A stretch of DNA of 64,000 bases. Source: an uncultured delta proteobacterium (GTDB taxonomy: Bacteria; Myxococcota_A; Polyangia; Fen-1088). Made by a program: the position numbers and the translations under genes. The stretch lies in assembly GCA_963767925.1 (NCBI GenBank), contig CAVYGB010000002.1, forward strand, positions 800,001-864,000, written 5' to 3'. The notes below the pieces were generated by a model, which worked only from the letters and a program-made list of their open reading frames with translations, was not told where the DNA came from and ran no database searches. Numbering within the stretch: the stretch's first letter is position 1; each line of letters begins with the position of its first letter. This document shows positions 19,384 through 31,306 of the stretch, one piece after another.

Positions 19384-19410
19384 TCAGCGCAGCCGGAGGT
19401 AAGCGCGCAT
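19384..19410 (-). CDS. Leader peptide MRAYLRLR (putative macrolide-arrest uORF)
   Basis: ATG CGC GCT TAC CTC CGG CTG CGC TGA, 240 nt upstream of hflX; RLR (+X+) motif; complementary segment at 19267-19284. Confidence 0.75.
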   Translation of the reverse strand: MRAYLRLR

Positions 19411-19625
19411 AGTGGGCAAAACGTGACACCGATCGGTCGGTCGCGCAAGCCCGTTGTGGAAAGAGCCCGGCGCCGGGGCCCGGCTCTGCGGGCGCGCAAT
19501 CCGGCGACACCCGACGTGTCTTCCGGCCGCGACGCGGGATTGAACCCACACCGTCAGGTAGTAACCTGCATGTGGATGGCGGCGATGAACGACTCTGTCA
19601 GGTCACCCGCGCGGAAGGAGGCGCC

Positions 19626-19907
19626 ATGAGCGTGTTTCCGCACCGATGCCCCGCTTGCGGCTCACCCGCTTACATGGGGTTCAAGGACGTCGATTGCAGC
19701 AACCCGCATTGCCCCCACGCGGGGCCGACGGCGCAGGCGCGGCGGAAGAAGCCGCGCACCAGCAGCTTCACCTGCTGGAGCGCGGATCGCGGCGGCCCGC
19801 CCTGCACCGGCGTGGTGGTGGTCACCGACGGCAAGGGCACCTGCCCCCGCTGCGGCAGCCACTACGCCACCGGCCGCTCGCCCGGCAGCACCTCCTCGCG
19901 ACCCTGA
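19626..19907 (+). CDS. Small Cys-rich zinc-ribbon protein
   Basis: GAAGGAG SD; CPACG, CSNPHC and CPRCG motifs. Confidence 0.65.
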   Translation: MSVFPHRCPACGSPAYMGFKDVDCSNPHCPHAGPTAQARRKKPRTSSFTCWSADRGGPPCTGVVVVTDGKGTCPRCGSHYATGRSPGSTSSRP

Positions 19908-19977
19908 CCGCCGCGCGGGCGGGTCCCGCGTGCGCCCGGTAGAACGCCCCCGCGACGGGCAGAGGTTCCCCGGGATC

Positions 19978-20190
19978 CGACACGTGCACGTCTTTCGAGC
20001 ACGAGCACGAGCACGTCTTTCGTGCACGTGCATCCGTCAGACGTGAACGGAAGACGTGCTCGTGATCCGTCAGACGTGAACGCCACACCTGCTCGTGCTC
20101 GCGCTCGAAAGACGTGCAGGAATCCGTCAGACGTACACGACGCACGTGCTCGTGCTGGTGCTCGTGCACGAAAACACGTGCACGCGACCT
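19978..20190. repeat. Intergenic quasi-palindromic CACGTG/GAGCAC repeat element
   Basis: GAGCACGAGCAC versus GTGCTCGTGCT arms; three internal ATCCGTCAGACGT copies. Confidence 0.8.
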
Positions 20191-20454
20191 GCCCGCGCGC
20201 GGCCGGTCCCCTGCACCCAGTAGAACGTTCTCGCGGCCTACCCGCACGGCCGGTCCCACTCCCACCCGCCCAGCACCCCGCCGCAGGGGAGGGTTTCGCG
20301 GGCCCCGACGGAGACGCACCGGGGCCTACGATCAGCCACGCGCGCGTACCTGCGCCCACGGCAGGCGTGGCTCCGACCGCGAGGCGCAACGCGCGCCTGG
20401 CGCCGACTGCGTAATTGCCGCAAGATGAAAGGGGCACGGAAGTTGCGGAGGGGC

Positions 20455-21270
20455 ATGAACACCAGGTACGCGTGGAACGTCGGGCGGATGGCTTCTCTGC
20501 TGGCCCTGGCGCCGTTGATCGCCCTGGCGAGCGGCTGTGCCGAACGGCACGCCGGCAAGCGGGGGACGGGCGCCTCGGCGCGCATCGCCAAGAAGGCGCC
20601 CCAGGCGCTCGGCCGGCTCCCGTCGCGCGCGCCCGAGGCGTTGATGGACGTGCGCCTCACCGATCTCTCGGGTGAGTCGGTCACCATGACCGAGGTGCGC
20701 GGCCAGGTCACCGTCATCGCGATGTGGGCCACCTGGTGCAAGCCCTGCTTGCTCGAGCTGCCGATGCTCGAGCGGGTCAAGCGCCGCTACGCGAACGACC
20801 CGCGCATCTCCGTCGTCGCGGTCAGCATCGACGAGGTGAGCAACGCGGCCGATCTCGCCGAGGTGCAGGCCACCGTCAAGCGCATGGGCCTCACCATGCC
20901 GGTCTACCTCGACCAGACCGGCAAGCTGGCCCGCCACCTCATGGGCGCCGTCCGCTCGGTTCCGCTGCTCGCCATCCTCGATCCCGAGCTGCGCATGTTG
21001 CGCGAGCGGGGCTTCGACACCTCGGTCGACGAGCGGACCTACGTCAGCGCCAAGAGCGCGCTCATCGAGCAGGCCCGCCGGGGCGAGCTGCCGGCGGGGG
21101 AGCCGCCGGCCCCGGGCGACGCGGAGACGGGAGCGGTCGTCACGGCGTTGCGGGCCAACCTGAAGCGGGCTTACCCGGAGCTGAGCGATGATCGGATCGA
21201 GGAGCTGCTCAGCGATCTGGAAGAGCGCATGGAATACGCGAAGCTGCGCCGCCGCGCGCGCGGGCAATAG
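20455..21270 (+). CDS. TlpA/ResA-family thiol-disulfide oxidoreductase lipoprotein
   Basis: WATWCKPCLLELP; lipobox ASGC; start codon uncertain. Confidence 0.88.
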   Translation: MNTRYAWNVGRMASLLALAPLIALASGCAERHAGKRGTGASARIAKKAPQALGRLPSRAPEALMDVRLTDLSGESVTMTEVRGQVTVIAMWATWCKPCLLELPMLERVKRRYANDPRISVVAVSIDEVSNAADLAEVQATVKRMGLTMPVYLDQTGKLARHLMGAVRSVPLLAILDPELRMLRERGFDTSVDERTYVSAKSALIEQARRGELPAGEPPAPGDAETGAVVTALRANLKRAYPELSDDRIEELLSDLEERMEYAKLRRRARGQ

Positions 21271-21282
21271 CGGCGCCGCAGA

Positions 21283-21670
21283 CCCCTCACCCCTCCCTCT
21301 CCCCGCTGCCGCGGGGCGAGGGCGAACATTCGCCTCACCTGCCGCGATCGTGGTGCCAGCGGGCCCATCCCGTGCGCTCCCCAATTTTGCCGTCCCCGGC
21401 GAACAGTCGGCCTGGCGCCTCGCCCTCGGGCGAGCAGGGCCGTCCCCAGCGGGCCCATCCCGTGCGCTCCCCAATTTTGCCGTCCCCGGCGAACAGTCGG
21501 CCTGGCGCCTCGCCCTCGGGCGAGCAGCGGTCCTCGCTTTTCTGGCTTCACCCGGCGAACTTCAGCCAAGGCAGCGGCCCCTCGGGCGAGCAGCCTGATC
21601 CAGGGCGTCGCCGGAAAGTTTTGCCTCGCCTCGCCCGTTCGCCTTCGTCCCGCGGAGCGGGGAGAGTCCT
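21283..21670. repeat. Inverted pair of REP-like hairpins enclosing a 90-bp tandem duplication
   Basis: CCCTCACCCC..GGGGCGAGGGCGAAC at 21283 and an inverted copy at ~21637; near-identical units at 21358 and 21448, with a degenerate third copy. Confidence 0.8.
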
Positions 21671-21793
21671 CGTGACGCCGGAGACGGCCTCACCCCCACT
21701 GACGGAAATGGTGAGATCAGTGATCTCGGGCGGTTACGGCGCCATTTCCATAGCAGGGAGGGGTGACGGGGGACCGGGCGAGCCGTTGGGGGG

Positions 21794-23479
<1,686 letters not shown>

Positions 23480-23638
23480 GTACCGTGGGCACTCTAATTT
23501 CGGAAATGTCGCGCGATTGTATTCTAGTGTGGTTTTTTGTCCCGTTCGACGCGTGCCAACTGCTTGATTCTAGTCGTCTTTTAGTAATCTTGCGGCAACT
23601 GGCCGGCAATCGCCAGGCATCGTCGGCGCATTGGCTAG

Positions 23639-24367
23639 TCACAACACGAGCTTGTAACCCATGCCGTAGATGGTCACGATGTGCCGGGGCTGCGAAGCGT
23701 TCTCTTCCAGCTTCTTGCGCAGCTTGACCACGAAGTTGTCCACCGACCGGCTCTGGCTCGCGCCCGACACGCCCCAGATCTTCTCCAGGATCTCCTCGCG
23801 CGGCACCGGCTGTCCGGCGCGCTCGTAGAGGATGCGGACGATCTCCACCTCGTAGAACGAGAGCTGATACGTGCGCTTGTCGCGCACCAGCTCGTGGCGT
23901 CGGGGAAAGATCGTCGCCTCGCCGATCTCGATCGACTCCTCGGGGCCCCCCGGCGTGCGCTGCAGGCGCCGGAACAGGGCCCCGATGCGGGCCACCAGCT
24001 CCCCGACCGAAAACGGCTTGGTGACGTAGTCGTCGGCCCCCACCTCCAGGCCCCGGATCTTGTCCGCCTCCTGCGAGCGCGCGGTCAGCATGATGATGGG
24101 CAGCGTCGGGTGGATCTGCCGGATCTGCTCGCACACCAGAAAGCCGTTCATGTCCGGCAACATCAGGTCGAGGATGACCAGGTCGGGCTTGCGCTCGCGC
24201 ACCGTCGAGACCCCGTCGCGCCCGGTGCCGACGGTGGCCACGTCGAACCCCTCGAACTCGAGGGCGTCCCGCAGGCCGCGGGCGATGTCGGGCTCGTCCT
24301 CGACGATGAGGATGCGGCGCCGGTGAGCGGGCTGGACGGGTGTCGGTTGGGGCGGGGAGCTGCTCAT
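23639..24367 (-). CDS. OmpR-family response regulator
   Basis: ILIVEDE, DLMLP and [10 protein letters not shown]; winged-helix output domain. Confidence 0.95.
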   Translation of the reverse strand: MSSSPPQPTPVQPAHRRRILIVEDEPDIARGLRDALEFEGFDVATVGTGRDGVSTVRERKPDLVILDLMLPDMNGFLVCEQIRQIHPTLPIIMLTARSQEADKIRGLEVGADDYVTKPFSVGELVARIGALFRRLQRTPGGPEESIEIGEATIFPRRHELVRDKRTYQLSFYEVEIVRILYERAGQPVPREEILEKIWGVSGASQSRSVDNFVVKLRKKLEENASQPRHIVTIYGMGYKLVL

Positions 24368-26013
24368 GACTTGGCTGCTTGCCTGGGGTCCTCTGGCGAA
24401 TCGAGGAGCACCTCCGGGACCGACGGCAAGTAAACCCGGAACAGGCTCCCGACGCCACCACCGCGAACCGGCGGGACGGGACTTTCCACCGATACGTGGC
24501 CCCCATGAGCCTCGGCGATGTGCCTGACCAGGGCCAGCCCGATGCCGCTGCCGCGCACGTTGCGGTCGCGGGCGCTCTGGGCCCGGTAAAAGCGCTCGAA
24601 GATGCGGAGCTGCTCCTCGGTGGGGATGCCGGGGCCCCAGTCGCGCACCGACAGCGCCACCCCGCCCGGCACCCGGTCCAGCGCCACCTCGACCACCCCG
24701 CCCTCGGCCCCGTATTTCACGGCGTTGTCGACCAGGTTGAGGATGACGAGGGTGAGGGCGTTTTCATCCATGCGCACCATCGGCAGGTTGCGCTCGACCC
24801 GCGTGCGCAGCTTGAGCTTCTCTTTTTCCAGGCGGTAGCGGCACACGTCCATGGCCCGCTCCAGCACCACCGCCAGATCCCCCTCGGCGAAGTCGTAGCT
24901 GGCCTTGCCCCGCTCGAGGCGGGCGAAGTCGAGCACGTTGTCGATGAGGTGGGACAGCCGCTCCGACTCGCGGGTGATGATGCCCCCGTATTCGCGGGCG
25001 GTCTCCTCGCCCTTGTGCCGGCCGGTGGCCACCATCTCCCCGAACATGCGGATGAGGGACAGCGGCGTCTTGAGCTCGTGCGAGACGTTGGCGATGAAGT
25101 CGCTCTTCATGCGCGAGGCCCGCCGCTCGGTGATCACCGAGAGCAGCACGATCCCCATGCCGAAGGCGATGATGATCGTCGCCAGCACCACCAGCAGCGG
25201 GCGGATGACCCGCTGGCGGGCCATGTCGGCCTCGATGTCCTGGCGGGCGTCGTCGTTGGGGGCCATCCGCAGGTTGAAGCGGTAGAGCTGGCGGCCGAGC
25301 GGCTCGTCGTAGAGGAAGCGCTCGTTGGTGAGCGGGACGCTGCCCCCGAACACCTTGTCGGGCAGCTCCTTGCCCCACTCGTCGACAAGCGCCACCCGGT
25401 AGAGCTGCCCCAGCCGGCGCATCGTCCGGTCGAGGCCGCTCGAGGTGATGAACCCCACGTTGAGCTTCGCCACCAGGAAGTAGGCCTCCTCGTTGACCGC
25501 CTGGTAGCGGGCGGTCACGAACAGGGTGTCCCGGTTGACGTGGACGTATTTCAGGTTCGCCGTCGGGATGCGCGGCCACTCGAAGTGGCGGGCGTCGACC
25601 TTGAAGTGGTGGCGGAGGACGCCACGCTTGAACTCCGGGGCCACGCACACCTCGTCGCGCCCGGGCCCCTGGTGCAAGATGGCGAACACCTCGACCATCG
25701 CCGGCACCTCCGCCACCCCCTCGCCGGCGCACTTGCTGGCGTCGGCCAGGGCCGGGTTCTCGACCGCCGCGGCCAGGCTGGCGAAGAGCTGGTTGACCTC
25801 CCGGTCCATCTGCTGGGTCAACGAGGCGGCGACGTCGCGCGCCTCCACCCCGGCGGCGGCGTTGAACTGCTTCTGGTACAGGCCCACCAGGTTCTGGGCG
25901 CCGTCGTACCCCAGGTAGGCGAGCGCCAGCGCCGCCGCGATCATCGCGGGAAAAACGAGGGCCAGGACGAGGGAGATGCGCCCGCCCGGGCGTGTGGAAC
26001 GCGCTAAACTCAC
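24364..26013 (-). CDS. Membrane sensor histidine kinase
   Basis: Two TM helices; [17 protein letters not shown] and GSGIGL. Confidence 0.93.
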   Translation of the reverse strand: MSLARSTRPGGRISLVLALVFPAMIAAALALAYLGYDGAQNLVGLYQKQFNAAAGVEARDVAASLTQQMDREVNQLFASLAAAVENPALADASKCAGEGVAEVPAMVEVFAILHQGPGRDEVCVAPEFKRGVLRHHFKVDARHFEWPRIPTANLKYVHVNRDTLFVTARYQAVNEEAYFLVAKLNVGFITSSGLDRTMRRLGQLYRVALVDEWGKELPDKVFGGSVPLTNERFLYDEPLGRQLYRFNLRMAPNDDARQDIEADMARQRVIRPLLVVLATIIIAFGMGIVLLSVITERRASRMKSDFIANVSHELKTPLSLIRMFGEMVATGRHKGEETAREYGGIITRESERLSHLIDNVLDFARLERGKASYDFAEGDLAVVLERAMDVCRYRLEKEKLKLRTRVERNLPMVRMDENALTLVILNLVDNAVKYGAEGGVVEVALDRVPGGVALSVRDWGPGIPTEEQLRIFERFYRAQSARDRNVRGSGIGLALVRHIAEAHGGHVSVESPVPPVRGGGVGSLFRVYLPSVPEVLLDSPEDPRQAAKS

Positions 26014-26051
26014 GGCTGTCGCCTGGAACGAAGGCCAGCTCCGATTTCACT

Positions 26052-26510
26052 ATGACCGAGGGCGCCGGCCGGCGTCCACCCCGAGCGCGAATGCCCCCAC
26101 CTGTCCGACACGTCTTCGTGTGCCTCAACGAACGGCCGGCCTCCGGGCGCCCCTCCTGCGGCGTGCGCGGGGGCGCCGCGCTGTTCACAGCGCTGCAACG
26201 TGCCATCGGCGGCCGTCCGGATCTCGCTGGACAGGTCGCGGTGACCGGGACGCGCTGCCTGGGCCCCTGCTTCGACGGCCCCACGCTGGTGGTCTACCCC
26301 GACGCCGTCTGGTACGCGGGGGCCGGCGCGGCCGACGCCGAGGAGATCGTCGAGAGCCACCTGCGCCAGGGCCGCCCGGTCGAACGCCTCCGCTTCAGCT
26401 GGGAGGCCGAGGACGACGACAACGACGAGAACGACGGCGACACCGAGGCCCGTGGCAGCGGAGCGGCGGCGCGCGCGCAGGAACGAGTGGACCGGGGGGA
26501 CGCAAAATGA
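26052..26510 (+). CDS. Thioredoxin-like [2Fe-2S] ferredoxin (second copy)
   Basis: HVFVCLNER...SC...CLGPCFDGPTLVVYPDAVWY. Confidence 0.85.
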   Translation: MTEGAGRRPPRARMPPPVRHVFVCLNERPASGRPSCGVRGGAALFTALQRAIGGRPDLAGQVAVTGTRCLGPCFDGPTLVVYPDAVWYAGAGAADAEEIVESHLRQGRPVERLRFSWEAEDDDNDENDGDTEARGSGAAARAQERVDRGDAK

Positions 26511-26569
26511 GCGCCCACCGGCCGCGCGCGCAAATCGAGCGCGCGTGAGACGAGCGTCGATCCGCCCGC

Positions 26570-27046
26570 TCACATCTCCAGCAACATGACGACCGCGTCC
26601 TCGTTGTCGTCGGCGTAGTAGCTGGGGCGCAGGCCCACCGCCTTGAAACCGAAGCGCCGGTAGACCCGCTGGGCCGGCTCGTTCGAGCGCCGCACCTCCA
26701 GCGTGATCAGCCGGCAGCGGTGCTGGCGGGCGAAGTCGAGGATGTGGCTCAGCAGCCGCGACCCGAACCCCATCCGGCGGGCGTCGGGGTGCATGGCCAC
26801 CTTGAGGATGTGGATCTCGTCCGCCACCCGCCAGTAGTTGCAGAAGCCGACCACGCTGCGGCTGACCGCCGCCCGCATGACGTCGAGGAAGGCCCAGGGG
26901 CGCGACAGCTCCTCCATGAACACCTGCCGCGACCAGGGGGCGCGGAAGGAGAGCTGCTCGATCTGCATGACCAAGTCGAGGTCGCTCTCCTTCATCGATT
27001 CGATGAGGTACCGGGGTACCTCGCGCGCTTGCGGCAGGGCACTCAT
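26570..27046 (-). CDS. rimI: Ribosomal protein S18 alanine N-acetyltransferase
   Basis: IEQLSFRAPWS, TLEVRRSN and YYADDNEDAVVM. Confidence 0.92.
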   Translation of the reverse strand: MSALPQAREVPRYLIESMKESDLDLVMQIEQLSFRAPWSRQVFMEELSRPWAFLDVMRAAVSRSVVGFCNYWRVADEIHILKVAMHPDARRMGFGSRLLSHILDFARQHRCRLITLEVRRSNEPAQRVYRRFGFKAVGLRPSYYADDNEDAVVMLLEM

Positions 27047-27055
27047 CGACCCTTG

Positions 27056-27697
27056 TTACTTTACACCACGGACGCCGGCCCGGGTGATAGCGGCCCACAT
27101 GCGGTCCAGCCCCTCCCCTGTCTCGCCCGAGACCAGGAGCGGCGGAGGAGACCCCGGGGGCAACGCGCGCCGCATCCGGACCTCGAGCTTGCCGCGCTCG
27201 GCGCTCGACAGCTTGTCGGTCTTTGTCACCACAAGGCGGTGGGGGACCTCCAGGGCGGCCAGCCACTCCAGCAGCTGCCGCTCCTCGTCCTCGAGGTCGC
27301 GACGCGCGTCGATCAGCGACAGGAACAGGGCCAAGGTGGTGCGCCCCTTGACGTACCCCTCGACCATCGGCTGCCAGCTCCGGCGCTCGTCCTGCGAGAC
27401 CTGGGCGTAGCCATACCCCGGCAGGTCGACCAGCCGGAGGGCGTGGTCCTGCGGCGGCTCGCCGGGCCAGCGGAGCTGCAGGTCGTAGAACATGATGCCG
27501 CGCGTTCGACCGGGGGTCTTGGAGGTGCGGGCCAGCGCCCGCCGCCCCACCAGCTTGTTGAGCAGGGTCGACTTGCCCACGTTCGAGCGCCCGGCGATCG
27601 CCACTTCGGGCGCCCCGGGTGGGGGCAGCGGGAAGCGGGGGCGGACCTCGGTGACGAAGTCGGCCGACAGGACGGTCGGGATGGGGGCCTTGCTCAC
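27056..27697 (-). CDS. engB: Ribosome biogenesis GTPase EngB/YihA
   Basis: GRSNVGKS, SKTPGRT, DLPGYGYA and TKTDK. Confidence 0.95.
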   Translation of the reverse strand: MSKAPIPTVLSADFVTEVRPRFPLPPPGAPEVAIAGRSNVGKSTLLNKLVGRRALARTSKTPGRTRGIMFYDLQLRWPGEPPQDHALRLVDLPGYGYAQVSQDERRSWQPMVEGYVKGRTTLALFLSLIDARRDLEDEERQLLEWLAALEVPHRLVVTKTDKLSSAERGKLEVRMRRALPPGSPPPLLVSGETGEGLDRMWAAITRAGVRGVK

Positions 27698-27747
27698 CCG
27701 AGCTTCCTAGCAAGAAACCGGACCGGCCGGGGTAGCATCGCCCCCAG

Positions 27748-28377
27748 GTGGTTGGCAAGCTCAAGCTGGTCGGGCTCACCGGCGGCATCGGATCGGGCAA
27801 GTCGACGGTCGGCCGCATGATCGCCGCGCTGGGCGTGCCGGTGATCGACGCCGACCAGCTCGCCCGCGAGGTGGTGGCCCCCGGCCAGCCGGGGCACGCC
27901 GAGGTGGCGGCCCGCTGGCCGGAGGTGATCGGCCCCGACGGGGCGATCGACCGCAAGCGGCTGGGGGCCCTGGTCTTCGCCGACCCGCAGGCCCGGCGCG
28001 CGCTGGAGGCCATCACCCACCCGCGCATCCAGGAGCGCCTGCAGCAGCGGGCCGAGGCGCTCGACCGGGCCGGGCACCATCTGGCCTTCTACGAGGCCTC
28101 GCTGCTGGTCGAGGCCAACCGGCACCGCGACTTCGACGCGCTGGTGGTGGTGACCGCCGACGAGGAGCAGCAGATCGCCCGCACCGTGGCCCGCGACGCC
28201 AGCAGCGCGGAGCAGGCCCGGGCCCGCGTGCGCGCGCAGCTCCCGCTGGACGAGAAACGTCGGGTGGCCACCCACCTCATCGACAACTCCGGCGACCTCG
28301 AGAAAACCCGCCGCCAGACCGAGGCGCTGGTGGAGGCGCTCGGCGGGGCGACGAAAGGCTCGCCAGACCGACCCTGA
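27748..28377 (+). CDS. coaE: Dephospho-CoA kinase
   Basis: GLTGGIGSGKST, IDADQLAR and LEAITHPRI. Confidence 0.96.
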   Translation: MVGKLKLVGLTGGIGSGKSTVGRMIAALGVPVIDADQLAREVVAPGQPGHAEVAARWPEVIGPDGAIDRKRLGALVFADPQARRALEAITHPRIQERLQQRAEALDRAGHHLAFYEASLLVEANRHRDFDALVVVTADEEQQIARTVARDASSAEQARARVRAQLPLDEKRRVATHLIDNSGDLEKTRRQTEALVEALGGATKGSPDRP

Positions 28378-28390
28378 CGATCGGGGCCGG

Positions 28391-28822
28391 TCAGCTCCGG
28401 GGGGCTTCGCGGGCGGACACCTCGCGCAGCACGATGGCGGCCCGCCGCCCGGGCTCGCGCTCGGCGAGGTCCGAGAGGCTGATGATGCCGTGGAGGGCGC
28501 CCTGCTCGTCCTCGACCACGATGCGCGAGACCCGGTGCTGGATCATCCGCTGCTCCGCCACCGCCAGGTCGTCGCTGGCCCGACAGGAGACCACCGCCCG
28601 GGTCATGATCTCGCCCACCCGGGTGCCGTCGCTGCTCTTGCTCTGGGCGACCGCGCGTACGGTGATGTCCCGGTCGGTGATGATGCCGAGGACCTTGCCG
28701 CGCTCGTCGCAGACCGGGAGAAACCCGATGTTGGATCGGGCCATCTTTTCGGCGGCCCGCTGCAGAGTCTCCTGCTCGCCCGACGTCTGCACCTGCCGCT
28801 TCATGATCTCCTCACACCGCAT
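28391..28822 (-). CDS. CBS domain protein
   Basis: IGFLPV..GIITDRDI and GIISLSDL; GGAGG SD. Confidence 0.9.
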   Translation of the reverse strand: MRCEEIMKRQVQTSGEQETLQRAAEKMARSNIGFLPVCDERGKVLGIITDRDITVRAVAQSKSSDGTRVGEIMTRAVVSCRASDDLAVAEQRMIQHRVSRIVVEDEQGALHGIISLSDLAEREPGRRAAIVLREVSAREAPRS

Positions 28823-28907
28823 GTGGCACCTCCCGCGGGCAATGTAGCACGCGACTTCCGGGGCGGCCGTCGCCCGGCGGGGAGCGCTGCGGAACGGTGT
28901 CAGCACC

Positions 28908-31292
28908 TCATTCGCAGCCGTCGAGGCCGCGGATCCAGCTCTCCAGCAGGGCCACGCCGGGTTCGTCCACGAGGGTGGTACCCACCAGGGGCATGCGGAT
29001 CTCCCCGGTGGTGCGCAGGAACCGGATCAGCACCGAGGCCTCGGGGTCGCCGGGGGCGATGCGCTTGTCCGCCCCCTCGAAGCTGATGAAGGTGGCGTCA
29101 AGATCGCAGGCCAGCGTCTCGTCGAACGGGGTCGTGTAACGGAAGTCGATGCGGTTCTCGTAGCCGTCCTTGGGCCGGTGGCAGCCGGCGCAGTTGGCGT
29201 GCAGGTACGAACGCGCGCGGGCGTCCAGCGAGGCGTCGCCCATCGGCGCCGGCAAGGCGGGTAGCGCCTCGGGGGGCGCCGGCAGCGGCGCGGCCAGCAG
29301 GCCGGCCTGCTGGAGGTGGACGAGCTGGTTACGGCTCCCGTCCGGATAGGTGAAGGACCGATTGAGCTGCAGGATCTCCGGGCCGAGGGCGAAGCCGGCG
29401 CCAGGCGTGTGGCAGGCCAGGCAGTGGCCGCGGGTGGGGTGGCTCCAGGTGACGCCGCCGACGGTCCTTTTCACCTCGACCGAGGAGGGGGGCACCAGGG
29501 TGGCTTCGGTCTGCTCGGCGTTCCAGCCGTAGGAGTAGCCGGCCCAGACGCCGTCGCTGTGGCGCACGAACAGGCGGGTCTCCACCTTGGTGGCGCCCAG
29601 CGAGAACTCCTTGACCAGGGTGGTGCCGGCGGGAAACTGGAAATCGCCGGTCTCGTCGAGGGCGATCTTGCCCCCCGGGGGCAGGGCCATCCAGCGGCGC
29701 TTGCTCGCCCCGTCGGAGAACAGCGGCGAGTTGACGTCGTAGGGGACGAGCGGGCCGGCGCCGCTGCCGGGCAGACAGCCGGTCTGCGACAGCAGGGCGG
29801 GCAGCGCGCGGGTGGCGGGCGGCGCGGCCGGCGCCACGTGGTGCAGGCGGCCGCCGTCGTAGTCGAGCAGGTACAGCTCCTCGTCGAGGGCCACCCCGAA
29901 CGAGACCAGCCGCAGCCCGGTCTCGAGCAGGGTCTCCGGGCGGGGCGCGCGATCGGCGGGCAGGGCCCAGACCGCGCCCGAGATGAAGTCGGCGTAGACG
30001 TAGCGGTCGCGCAGGCCGGGCAGCTTCTGCCCGCGGTAGACCGGGCCGCCGGTGACCGAGCGGCCCTCGCGGTGCTTGTACTCCACCCAGGGGGGCGTGA
30101 TGCCGGCGGTGTCGCAGGGCTCGTCTACGCACAGGGTGCCCTCGACGGTGTTCCAGCCGTAGTTGCCCCCCTTGACCACCCGGTTGACCTCCTCGCGGCG
30201 CGACGACCCGATCTCGCCGGCCCAGATCACCCCCGGCGCGAGGGGATCGAAGCGCCAGCGCCAGGGGTTGCGGAAGCCCGAGGCCCAGACCTCGCCGCGC
30301 GCGCCGGCCCGGCCCACGAAGGGGTTGTCGGCGGGGATGGCGTAGGGGGTCCCCTCGCCCACCCGGTCGACGTCGAGGCGCAGGATCTTGCCGTTGAGGT
30401 CGCCGAGGTTCTGGGCCTGGCTGAGCTCGTCGTCGTCGACGCCGTCGCCGAAGCCGGCCCACAGGAAGCCATCGGCCCCGAAGTGGATGTCGCAGTTCAG
30501 GTGGACCTTCTCGGGGTCCGGCTGCTCCATCTCGATCAGCACCTGCTCGCTGGCGGGGTCGAAGGTGGCGCCACCGTCGGTGGAGCGGAAGCGCGACAGC
30601 CGCGAGCGCAGCACCGGCCCGGCCAGCGAATACGACAGGAAGAGCTGGCCGTTGCGAGCGAACTGGGGGTGAAAGGCGATGCCGAGGATGCCGGCGTCGC
30701 CTTCGTATTCGACCCGGTCGGACAGATTGAGGGCCACCGTCCAGGCGTTGACGTCAGGCCGGTTGGCGAAGCGCTTGAGGCGGCCGCCCTGCTCGGTGAC
30801 GTACCAGTGCTCCGGCTGACCGGGGGCCTGCACCGCCGCGGTGGGGGCGGAGAAGGCGGGCAGCGCCGGGAAGGGATCGACGAGGTTGTAGGTCTCGTTG
30901 GGGCGGGGAAGGCTGGTGCAGGCGTAGACCGGGGCCGCCGGGGCCGGCCCGGGCTGCGGGCCCGGCGGTGGGGTGCCGGGAACCGCGGCGGGCGGCGCGC
31001 CGGGGGTCGGTGGAGCGCCGGGCACGGGCGGCGCGCCGGGGGTCGGTGGAGCGCCGGGCACGGGCGGCGCGCCGGGCACGGGCGGGGCCGCGGGCGTCGT
31101 GGCGACGTCCGGCTCCGGCGCGTCGGCCGGGCGATCGGCGACAGCCGCGTCGACGGCGGTGGGCGCCGGGCCCGAGCCGGCAGCGCCGTCCGGGCCGCGC
31201 GGCGGGCGCGGGGACCCGTCGGGACCGGCGGAGGGCTCGGACGAGCAGGCGGTGATGAGCAACCCGGCCAGGATCAGGCGCGCACGGGACAT
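28908..31292 (-). CDS. Lipoprotein: PQQ-dependent sugar dehydrogenase-like propeller plus dihaem cytochrome c domain
   Basis: Lipobox ITAC; GKILRLDVD..IPADNPF..GFRNPWR; CLACH and CAGCH. Confidence 0.88.
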   Translation of the reverse strand: MSRARLILAGLLITACSSEPSAGPDGSPRPPRGPDGAAGSGPAPTAVDAAVADRPADAPEPDVATTPAAPPVPGAPPVPGAPPTPGAPPVPGAPPTPGAPPAAVPGTPPPGPQPGPAPAAPVYACTSLPRPNETYNLVDPFPALPAFSAPTAAVQAPGQPEHWYVTEQGGRLKRFANRPDVNAWTVALNLSDRVEYEGDAGILGIAFHPQFARNGQLFLSYSLAGPVLRSRLSRFRSTDGGATFDPASEQVLIEMEQPDPEKVHLNCDIHFGADGFLWAGFGDGVDDDELSQAQNLGDLNGKILRLDVDRVGEGTPYAIPADNPFVGRAGARGEVWASGFRNPWRWRFDPLAPGVIWAGEIGSSRREEVNRVVKGGNYGWNTVEGTLCVDEPCDTAGITPPWVEYKHREGRSVTGGPVYRGQKLPGLRDRYVYADFISGAVWALPADRAPRPETLLETGLRLVSFGVALDEELYLLDYDGGRLHHVAPAAPPATRALPALLSQTGCLPGSGAGPLVPYDVNSPLFSDGASKRRWMALPPGGKIALDETGDFQFPAGTTLVKEFSLGATKVETRLFVRHSDGVWAGYSYGWNAEQTEATLVPPSSVEVKRTVGGVTWSHPTRGHCLACHTPGAGFALGPEILQLNRSFTYPDGSRNQLVHLQQAGLLAAPLPAPPEALPALPAPMGDASLDARARSYLHANCAGCHRPKDGYENRIDFRYTTPFDETLACDLDATFISFEGADKRIAPGDPEASVLIRFLRTTGEIRMPLVGTTLVDEPGVALLESWIRGLDGCE

Positions 31293-31306
31293 TCGTGTCT
31301 CCCTCC

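Noticed and set aside
23480..23640. AT-rich segment with TTCTAGT repeats as an ncRNA or regulator site
   Set aside because: Most simply the glycosyltransferase promoter; repeat spacing is not convincing and no clear fold is visible
30985..31090. 30-bp tandem repeats
   Set aside because: Ordinary Pro-rich linker (PPVPGAPPTPGA) of a lipoprotein
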